The position numbers were made by a program, and so were the translations under genes. From assembly GCA_973895155.1 (NCBI GenBank), contig OZ316895.1:3211659-3275658 (forward strand): a stretch of DNA of 64,000 nt. Reading direction: 5' to 3'. The notes beneath the pieces were generated by a model. That model was given only the letters and a program-made list of their open reading frames with translations. It was not told the origin of the DNA and searched no databases. Below are positions 54,036 through 64,000 of the stretch, in pieces. Source of the stretch: Marsupella aquatica (lineage: Eukaryota > Plantae > Marchantiophyta). The first letter of the stretch is position 1, and the number at the start of each line of letters is the position of its first letter.

Positions 54036-55424
54036 GTAAATGCCAGCACAAACTACTTTGCATTTCTACTGTAGAGACACTTAGTTCAATTTTTCTGAGA
54101 CAGTGTAGTAACCTTGCCGAGAGGACAGATACAGTAGTTGGTTTGGCATCATATTTCTTTTCATGTATTAGTGCAATGTATTGCTTTATGGCAATTTTGA
54201 AATGAACATCACATAGACTATTCTCAATCACTACCAATGGACGGTTCTTGCTAAGGTTTGCTCTAACATATCCATGAATCATAACCCATACACTGAGCTC
54301 ATTCTTTTATATTCAAAGTCATAATTTTTTTGTCTATTATTATCAGGTCCAATGATGATTCATTTTTGCAATGACTCAAAGTGATCATTTGCCTCTTACA
54401 TAGCCTATCACTCATGATCCATTCAAATCACCTTCAATTTACCGCATGGACACCAAGGTGGACACATATACATGGACAGCTCTTAACTAAATTGCCACTA
54501 AAGATGTTTCAATTTACAATACTGTCATCGTTGTTATGATATATACATTCAAATATGCAACAATTTTGTGTTTGGTGACCTTGATTACATTGGTGAACTT
54601 GTCGTCCATATACGGAACCATGACATATTTATATAATTATACCAAAAAAACAATGGTAGTATTATCAATTGGAACATGTTTAGTGGTAAAGTAGTTCAAG
54701 GTCAACCAATTGTTTATGCTAGTTAGCGGTGATTAGTTACGTTTTTCCTCCTCCACTCACACCCCTCCTCTTTTTCTTCATATTTTCCCTTCTCATTCAT
54801 CTGATTGGTTTGATGAGGGTAATTGCAAAATTTTGTGAAATCTATTTTTCAAATTTGTATATATAGCTAGGCAGGACCTAGATTGTTTTTGCCCAAACAA
54901 GCTTGGGACAACCAGGTTGTGGTTGAAAAGCTCTTTTGATTGGCAGCATGTAGTGCAGTTGCACAAAAACAAGACCATGAAAACTCAATAAGAACACTTA
55001 ACAATTTCAAAGTAACATTCAATCTGCACAACGTCCCCATAAATCTGATCTCAGACATCCATCTCAGACATGCAGATCGGTTACATTTACAAGCAATTAG
55101 AGCAATAAAAAAATGTTACAATTTGGCAAATAGTGTTACTTCTTAGTGTTGTGTCACTCTATTTACCATTACCTCTCCATTTAGACCCCAACAAAACAAG
55201 TCACAGAAATTCAAGGCAGAGTGAGAGATGTCTCCTCTCCACCCAAACAATGGTACTGTGTCTCTTGATCTGACAATGTCTACAATATGATTGTTTGCAC
55301 TTATAATTGCCGTAGAGATGGATGTCACAAAGGCTTGAGATAGTGTGATCCTCACTTCCAGGTTAGCGCAACTTAGCCTACCAGACCTTTCAAGATTGTT
55401 AATTTAGGGATTGCCATAATGGGA

Positions 55425-55650
55425 GAAGATCCCAAAGGCAAGAAACCCAATCAAGAGGGAAAAACAAAGGAAAAATCCAAGAAAACAAAAGAGCCAAAAA
55501 GAGCCAAAATGTCCAAGAGTCCAAACCGCAAGAGAACTAGAGCCCTGTTGAGCAACAAAGTGAAAAGCTTGGTAGACCTTCAGAGAAGGTCACATAGAGA
55601 AATTTGACTAGTGGCCGACAACCAACCGCCTTGGCCCAACATACCAAAGG
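55425..55650 (-). mobile_element. Third, shorter 3' fragment of the CRE-like family
   Basis: gatccca..., tgaaaa.c.tggtaga.ct.c.gag and atttgactag...aaccaaccgcct are shared with the 17.4-kb and 53.7-kb copies. Confidence 0.5.
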
Positions 55651-55840
55651 TTAATGAATGCCTAAGCCCTTTAATTTGTAGAGCAACTAACACCAGATAT
55701 AGCCAAAACCAAGGAGGAAGGGGTCTAAATGGAGAGATAATGGTAAATAGAGTGATAATTTGGTCTTAGTTGTGACAGAGGAAGGGGTATTCCTTTTAAC
55801 ACCTTGGGTAGCACCTGATCTTCCCACTCAACTATCTAAT

Positions 55841-58800
55841 AAGGGGTCTCAAATATCCCATGCGGGCCCGATTCCGGTTGCCCGTGTTAGGTTTGAGACA
55901 GGGTACAGGGTTTTCATGTGTGGCAAACTGGGAGGGTGGTCTGCACAATAGGGCCACGGGATTTGACCGTTGCCCATGGTCGGCTCCACCCGGAACATAC
56001 GTAGGGAACATTTTGGAAGAATCGACGTCTTGCTTGATGATGAATCTACCATGGTGGGCACAGGATCGCGCGATGCAAGAAGGGAGAGGGCTTGGAGACT
56101 GAGTGAGGCATGGTGAGCAAGACAACGGGGAAGATGACGGGATAAGTGCAAGACAATGCCATGGGAGCTTCAATCTAAAGGGTGAATGTTGAAGCTTTGA
56201 GATTCTGCATGAGTGTTGGAGCTTCGGTTGATTAAGCTCAGAGGTTTGGTTTGTTTGATTGCGGATACAAGGACAGACTGGATCTTGACCTTACTCAAGC
56301 AACATTGCGGCAACAGCAGGAGAAGGAGGTGGTGAATGCAGGATCTGTGGGTGGTGGACGAACAAAAGGAATTCCTTTCAGACTCTCTATCCAAGACGCA
56401 TCAAAATTTGTCTCTCGTCCAAAAGGTATGCCACAGTTTTGGCTTTGGAAAATGTCTGAAGAATAACATTGACTTTGCCTCCTTTCTTTAGCTATAGCAT
56501 CCCTATTTCTTCCATACATACCAATCCATAACAATTAATTTTCACAATACAAAATCCATTGATTGGCTCATTTTCTCACCAAAAGTTTTGGTAGCAATTT
56601 GACCATGGATCTGTTGTCTGCTGGTCATTGAAGTGATACTGGACTCATTGACCTTGGCTTATTTGCTAACCAATTGTTTGGTACCAATTCGACCATGGCT
56701 TTGTTATCTGCTGGTCACTGAAGTAGGGTACAATTCCATCTAGTGCTCGACAAGGCATGACATATATGAGTAAGGCATAGTATTTTATGACGACAGGAAC
56801 TTAGAGCAATTCAGAGTTCAAAGGGTGACTATGCAATCTGCATGTACAACAGGTTGGTTGTGAACTTTTACAATATGAAAAAGGTGCAAAGACATTTTCA
56901 GTTTGTCTATAGTTGTTCAAGCCATGTAAGAAGCACGCTGACTTCATCCAGTTTCCTTTTTGAATTATGCACATTTTTGTTTGTTACAAGATTGGTTCCC
57001 AACATGCCTAAGGTTTCTAATAGGCAACAAACCTTGAAATGGGTTCATTAGCAATTGTATTTGAGCATTTTGATGGAGAGTTCAAGTGAAGACGATGGCA
57101 TGGGAGACTTGGGTGATTCTTCATCTGGCGGTAGTGGATTTATGTCTCCAAATAGTGACAGTGACATGGAGTTGGACTCCTCAAGCGATTCAGAAGCTGC
57201 TGTTATGACAGATCCTACAAATGTCAATTGTAATTCCATGCAATTCTTGACAGTGAACGATACTTTTGAGAAACGCATCAAGAGATCCCGTTTGAAGGAG
57301 TTTGCTTACACCTTTTTTAAGAACATTTTTCCTCCAGACCTCTTTCGCCAAGTTTGTAGAATGTACAAGGATGCATTCTTCAACCTAGGGAGTCTGCTTG
57401 AAGAACATGACATTTTTTACCTACCATCATCAGGCACCAGTTTCACTTCAATTAGCCTATTGTTTGGTTCGATTAGGCCATACAGGGAATGGTGTATGCC
57501 TAAAGTGCACCTTACTGCTCTGGGGTATAAGTGTTGGGTCTATAGTCAATTTCACCAGTAGGTGTGTAACTCCCCTGGAAGAAATTCTTCGGGATTATGT
57601 GAAATGGCCTGATTTAGAAGAAAAGAAAGAACTCTAATTAGCAGGGAGTTTGCCAAGAAACTAAGGTTTTCACGGATGTGTGAGGTTGACCGATGGCACA
57701 ACAATACCCTTGGCACAACGGCCTACTGAGCACGGAGAATGTTATTTTGAAAAATGCTGATATTCCATCAATGCACAAGTTGTGTGTGTGATAACAAGCA
57801 AAAAATTATATTTCTACATGCTAGTGAGTTCAATTGAATATGTGAGTTCTTGACATTGTCACTTTTCAGTTCAAATTAAAATTACTGAAAACCCACATCT
57901 TTTCAGAGGAATGTTTGGAACTTGTTTAGACATCACTTGTTTGAAAAGGTCCATTCTATGGGACAAAATTCATGGAAACACTGTATTTGCTGGCGGACAA
58001 TATGTTCTAGGTGACTCAGGGTATGTCAATGTCCCACACATGGTTGTTGCTTACAAAAACACGTTCAGTCATAAAGACAAGGAAGACTTCAACACTGCTA
58101 TTGCCAAAACAAGGTATGTGAATGAACATTGCATAGGGGTTTTAAAATCCCTTTGGTTCTCATTCAGAATTCAGCTTAATGAGAAGAATGGTCTTCTTAG
58201 ACTGCATTTTCTGACCTGGTTGACCCTTCTTCCCTGCTCCAAATATGGCATTGTAATTCTCTCTCATTCTAAGAAATCTAAGATTAAGGCGTGATCTCCT
58301 CTACTTAACTTCTGTCCAATCCTTCAGGCTTGGTGGCTGCTTTGCTGACGATGTCCTTGGCTTCCTGCCATTGTAGGACAGACAAGTTCCTTGCAGCACA
58401 TGAACCTCGCGTTGCACAAAAGTAGTTCTGACAAATGTGGAGGGAAGAAAGGTTGTTCTGCTCCTAACATTCTAACATCAGACGACACACTTTCACCCTG
58501 CTCAGCCTGTGAATCACCCACCTCCATCGCCTTGCACTATGTATGGCTCTCGCTTAGGAGGGAAATCAGAAATCACATGACAATTTCAAAATGAACAAAT
58601 GAAGGAGGGAGTGTGTGGCTTGTATCTTGTGTTTCTTGGATCCGCCCGCAGGCTCTCTCATAACTCTCTTGAATGCCCACGGACATGGGAAGGCTACTGC
58701 CAGCGATGATTTTTAATTAGTACGGCTTTAAAAAGTAAACCCTAAAAATGAGTGGGCGGCACTTTGTGGGCCCGTGAGAGTACTTCCAGTGTTTGCCCTT

Positions 58801-58841
58801 GGCCGCATACTTTAGTCCACAAGGGATATTTGAGACCCCCT
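55841..58841 (+). mobile_element. 3.0-kb PIF/Harbinger-superfamily DNA transposon (Pangu-like), decayed
   Basis: 19-bp TIRs AAGGGGTCTCAAATATCCC / GGGATATTTGAGACCCCCT (1 mismatch), flanks AAT / ACT, enclosing a DDE transposase pseudogene. Confidence 0.85.
57073..58200 (+). pseudogene. Harbinger/IS5-type DDE transposase pseudogene with one intron
   Basis: FRQVCRMYKDAFFNL; QLAYCLVRLGHTGNG; GISVGSIVNFTSR; YVKWP; TDGTTIPLAQRP; YSINAQVVC; intron GTGAG 57824 to TTTCAG 57906; YVLGDSGY; FNTAIAKTRYVNEHCIGVLK; several frameshifts. Confidence 0.88.
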
Positions 58842-61080
58842 ACTCTACTTTGAGCTCCTTGTACTCCATGACCTTGAAGTTGAGCCTGCATCAATTGGCA
58901 GTAAGACCAGGTCTGAGCATTACCTTTAGAGGCTGTGTGGTTGAAAGCTGACTGAAAGCATTCCCCCTAGATTGAGCGAGGGTGGACATGATTCTTGTTG
59001 TTAGTGTTTTGGTTGCAAGCTCAATGGGTCACAAACTCCTTCTGAGAGTGTCACTCAGGAATACTGCAAGCTTAATCACGAGGGAATTGAGAGATGTTGT
59101 AGAAATTTTCCTCCATATCCAGATTCATCGGAGAAGAAAAATTTGATCAAAATTAACTTGCTTTGGGTGCTCAAGCAACTAGTGCTGGGTGGGAATCAAA
59201 GCCACTTTTATGTGAAGCCATGTCTTTGTGGCCATCGTGCAAGGCCAAGGCATTTTATGTTTGTGTAGGACCATGAGCCGTTTTGATGTGGCCATGAAAC
59301 CCCAACATTATCAAGTCCAACCCCATTGTGACCCTGACAGTTTGGATGGCATTTTGCAGAAGGCCATCCGTGTTTGGCCCCAACTTTGGAGATAGAGTTG
59401 TCAGCATTGACACTTTTATTTTGCCCAGTGTCACCCCCAACTTTCCTGCTGCTCTCAATGTTGTCACCCCTATTTGCTTAGTGTCAATTGTAAAGGTCCC
59501 ATCAGAATTGCACTTGCTACCGCACCATAGGTGCATTTAAACAAAAACAATAATATTGACCACCCCCATTCCTTGGTGTCAACTATAAAGATCGCACAAC
59601 ATTGCACCTGCATACTGTAATCATGTAAGTTTATTCAAATAATGCCCAAAGAGACATGGTTGTGTGGCAGTTCACTTGAGTTTAGACTCATACGTCTAAA
59701 GTTCAAATATTGTGGCTGACTATCCCCTTTCTGTGGGGTTTCCTAGATTTCCCCTTAAAATATTTTTAATTAAAAAAAGAAAAGAGTTTATTCAAATCTA
59801 GTCACTACAATATGTAATCATGCTTGGTTTGTTCTCTATTGCAGTCATGGTCTGCTTTTAGGGTAACATCAATGGTTTGTTAGTTTTCATGTTCTTTCTC
59901 TTGGCCTTTTACTGTATCAATGGTTTTCAGGCTGGCATTCAATTATGGTGACAGTTCTTTCTAACCATGAGATAGACCTCACGGTGCTACTACTGACCTC
60001 TCCTATGCCCTAACACAACAATCTCCTAGCAGCTTGCACATTATTGACATCCAATTGTCAGGCTGATTTGTTGACTCCCTGCAATGTCTGATTATTTGAC
60101 AATCTCTTTGCATTTACTTCCGCTCAATATCATTTACTATTGACAATATTGCGCAACTACAGGCATGGAGCTTGTGAGCACACCCCCAGTTCTTTGCTGT
60201 CAACTATAAAGGTTCCATTGCATGGGACTGTTTACCCCATTGACAGGATTAGTACCGGCTCATGAAATGTGTGTTCATTATTGGTGGCTAACCCTGATCC
60301 ATTTTTGGCCCAAGGCTTGTAGTTGGTGACGCTGGTGTTTGTTTGGGCAGTTTGCTTTTGGTTGGCGTGTGCTCTAACCCCTTGCATTTGTTTTTCTTCG
60401 TCCCCCCTGGTCTTACCCAAAATTGTCTTTAGAGTTACATTGGGTGGACTGTGGCCTTTCAATAATCAGAGAAAAGGTTCCACATAGCGTCGTCTGCACT
60501 GGGAAGCGTCTCGCTTCTCTTTTACCGAGACAGTTATTTCAATTCAAAAACCAACCGTTACAGGCCACTACAGTAATTCGGTAAAGTCCGTTCGTTAGTG
60601 GGATTAAAGCGTCGAAGATACAGTTTACACTAACTGCAGTAACGAATCCCGTCTTCGAGTCAGGGCAAACCGGCACACAGGTGCACAGCGGTAACTTACT
60701 AATAATAAAAAATTAACCTTCCCTTAATTAAAGTACCAGCAAGCGCCCCTTCCGTCGGGGGCGAATCGCGGGGTCTCCGAGTGCGCCCTCCAGGTTGACA
60801 TGCCAGGACGACCAGGATGACTTGGCAGTTGAGTCCAGTGTCCGCACCCACAATAGAGGGGAACGGGCAACGGCCTTTCCCCTTTGCTCTGTTCCCGTGG
60901 TGGTCCGCGCTCCCGTACGACGGTGCTGCTGTTTATTTGTTTGTCTCGGTCGGAGACTCCGAACATGACAACTCGGCACGAACGACGGAACGATGGAACG
61001 AATGAGTTCCCATTTATTTGTACAGTACTTTAATAATGAAGACGGGACATGGAAGGCACGGAGGAGGCGAGCTGGCGAGG

Positions 61081-61107
61081 GTTGCGTTGCGTTGCGTTGC
61101 GTTGCGT
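61081..61107 (+). repeat. (GTTGC)5 microsatellite near the probable CCS52 transcription start
   Basis: gttgcgttgcgttgcgttgcgttgcgt. Confidence 0.9.
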
Positions 61108-62724
61108 TTCCCCTCTCTCAATAATGCTTCAGCTGCTCCTTCTGCTGCCGGTGAGAGCCGTTGGGGGGCAGACGAGCAGAGCAGAGGAACACAAGCGCGG
61201 CACAGAAGGTTTTGCATTGTGAGTGCTTGTAGGAGTCGGTCGCCACCGTTCTCTTGGTACGGAACTAGAGGTGTGGGAGGTCGTTGTCGGTTTTTTGTTC
61301 CAGATTATTGGAATCCAGATGTGGTGCGATCAAGAGCATGAGTAGTAGATGAAACATCATACCGTCGTGGTCATTTCTGTTCTGCAATGGCCACGGCGCC
61401 TTTCTCGCCTGCGGTCGTGATGTAGACTGGTTTTCGCGAAATAATCAGATTTGCAAATGGGGGAGAGGCAGGAGATTTGAATCTTGAATTGTTCTAGTGA
61501 GTCGAGTAGTGGCTTCGCGTCAGTGGTTACTCCCTGGAATTGAACTGTCTGTCCGATGTCCAGCACGATGCGAACGGATTCGGAACGATGAGGGTCGGGA
61601 CGCGAGAAGTCGAATTGTCTGAGCTTTCGAGGTGAGAGGAGTTCTAATCCTTGGATTATCGGCGTATATTTGTTTGCTTCTCCCTACAGATGTTCCTGCA
61701 AAGTTTGTGTCTCGCTATAGCCCAACGGTAGGGTGATGCATATGTGGAAGGCAGGAATTATAGAGTAGGTGGATTTGTTGTCGAGAAGAGCTCGATTTCC
61801 ATGACTGAAGAGTCAGCTCTGGTTCTATCAATTTCCTTTTTGCAAGCATACTTCTTTCTCTGGCATTAGCTTTCCAAAGTGCACTTCACTTTATTCCGAG
61901 ACGAGTCCTTCGTCGTGGTCCGTGTGATCTTTTGGATAGCATTTTTCCTGTTTTTCGTTTTTAGTGATGAAGTCAATAAGGTTGCTAGTAGAGAGCTGCA
62001 GGGTTGGCTATTCTCGGCGATGGATGCTTGGTGGTAGATGGTTACGACTGGTGAGTCCGTAGAGGTGATGAATCCAAGGCGTTTGATGACCGAGAATCAT
62101 TGTTCCCTTCGTAATTCACAACAGGGATAGGAATCTTGGTTGCCTCTTTGAATTCGGTGATGCTGTTCCCTGTTTCTTTATTTCCGGAGGAACGAGTCTA
62201 TCGCAAATAGAGTCACTCTTCATTCAAAGATCCTCTGGAGTCCAGCAGCGATTGAAGAAACGAAGAAGTTCTAGGTCAGGAGGAGGGAAACACATAGATG
62301 GCGATGGGCCTCGAAGATCTTCTTCAGATTCTAATTTGAGACGTTGCACTCTGATGGCTCTACCGATTCTCCACATGCTCAATATTTGTACATGGGTTCT
62401 TAAAGCATTACTTAATGGATATCTAATCTGAATGAAAAATGCCGACTACAGGTGAAGCCTAACGGAGGTGTGCGGGAGCGGATTCAGGGATGAACGTCTT
62501 CCGGAAGCCATTGGGCGAGACTTAGCCTTTAGAAGGCTAGCAACGTGACGTCTGCGAGAATATTCTCCATAGCTTATTGGAAAACGGCATGCGCTATCCA
62601 ATGCTTCATTGTTTTCCGTTCCTAAAGTCCTTAGAAGAGCGCGGACTGAACAAGTTGCGGCTCATGTAGTATCTGGCCGTTGTCGACATCACTTCTCTAT
62701 AACTTCTCTCAGTCGGCTCAACGC

Positions 62725-63858
62725 ATGCGAGGGACAAATATGGAGGTGGAAGAAGGTACGGAGAACCGCGGACAACCTCCGGCGGGTGGAAGAGCCGCAT
62801 TGAATTTACCAGCAGGCATGTCACTGGACTCTCTAAGATTGGAGACGCGGATGTCACGGCTGGGGCCTGGGTCTCCGATGAAGCAGCCTCTTGGAAACTC
62901 CAGTATGCCTGCTCCCTCTCCCACCCGCACTTCCTATAGTGACCGTTTTATTCCTAGTCGCTCCAGCTCGAATCTAACAAACTTCTCCCTTCTGGATAGA
63001 TCTCCGTCCGGAACAAATTCGGCACAGACGAATGAGAGTAGGGAAGATGGAGCAGCAGCTTATTCCCAGTTGCTGAGAACAGAACTCTTCGGACCGGAAG
63101 CGGGTTCTCTCTCACCGGCAACTCCAGAGAAAGCATTGAGTTTGAGTTCGAGGGATCCTACAAGGTCCCCCATGAGTCCCACTAGAAATCTCTTTAGATT
63201 CAAAACCGACCACAGGGCTGGCGGGATAAGCTCAAGACCCGAGTCCCCATATTCCTTATCCCCTGTTGGTGTTGATGGTGCCCTCACGGGCGTTGTGACA
63301 AGTCCTAGGAAAGCTCCAAGGAAGATTGCGCGATCCCCATACAAAGTAAGTTCCTTCGTTCCTGCATTGATGCGCAAATATTGTTCCGAGTAATGGAGAG
63401 CTCTTTGTCCCTTTCCTGCTGCATTGTTCTCGTAGTGTGGGAGGGCCCTTCTTTGAGAGTGTCGTCCGTTAGCAATATGTCGCCATGGTGAACTCTCTTA
63501 TCTGTCAATCAACAATGTGAAAAATGATCTCATTCAATCGTACGAAGAACTTTGCGATGGTGACGGTGTTGTGTTGCCTGCATTATAATGTTTGTTCTAG
63601 CTTGTGATCAAGTTCTGCACCTGCTTGCGTTCGTCTGTTTATGGTTTCTCCACCTGAACAACCGTCCACGTAACCTATCTTCGCCGGTACACATCAAGAG
63701 CAAATGAAAGGGATATTGAAATATGAACTTGGCAGGTGTTGGATGCACCTGCTTTGCAAGACGACTTTTATTTGAACTTGGTGGACTGGTCATCCCACAA
63801 TGTGTTAGCTGTTGGATTAGGCACCTGCGTATATCTGTGGAGTGCGTGTACTAGTAAG
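62725..63858 (+). CDS. CCS52: APC/C activator CCS52/FZR (Cdh1), first two coding exons; gene continues beyond the window
   Basis: Exons 62725 (or ATG 62740)-63345 and 63736-63858. C-box DRFIPSR, Cdh1-specific [11 protein letters not shown], many SP/TP CDK sites, RKIARSPYK|[41 protein letters not shown]. Confidence 0.96.
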
Positions 63859-64000
63859 GTGAGCCGTTTTTCAACATTCCTTCAACTGCTGCACACGTTC
63901 ACTTCATGGTCAGATCTGCTATCTGATAGGAACTCTGAGGGCCTGCTTTTTCACCTGTCGAACATGAAAGGACAGCTCTGAAACAGAGTCCTTGCATTTT

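Noticed and set aside
62680-62724. ORF-track start of CCS52 at 62680
   Set aside because: It is a TTG codon; the first in-frame ATG is at 62725.

Overview
Eukaryotic nuclear DNA from a land plant, most likely a bryophyte such as a liverwort (inferred from gene content and intron style, not proven). It holds seven spliced protein-coding genes that can be reconstructed exon by exon: RPL19, RNA polymerase III subunit C11, a JJJ1/DNAJC21-type DnaJ, an IQ67-domain protein, a YCF37-like Tat-targeted thylakoid protein, a plastid RbgA/YlqF GTPase and the 5' part of CCS52/FZR. It also holds a tRNA-Leu(TAG). Between the genes lie many transposons: a full-length but decayed Ty1/copia element (LTRs, PBS, PPT, 5-bp TSD), three 3' fragments of a restriction-like-endonuclease (CRE-like) non-LTR element, a Mutator-like MITE, a small retroposed insert and an L1-like remnant. 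The most notable structure is a 3.0-kb PIF/Harbinger-superfamily element with AG..CT termini and ANT target sites (Pangu-like), together with at least five MITEs sharing its TIRs, one nested in another. The most notable gene-level oddities are a possible dual-frame first exon of the RbgA gene and a KSP-type repeat array in the IQD protein. All coordinates were read by eye; no searches were run.
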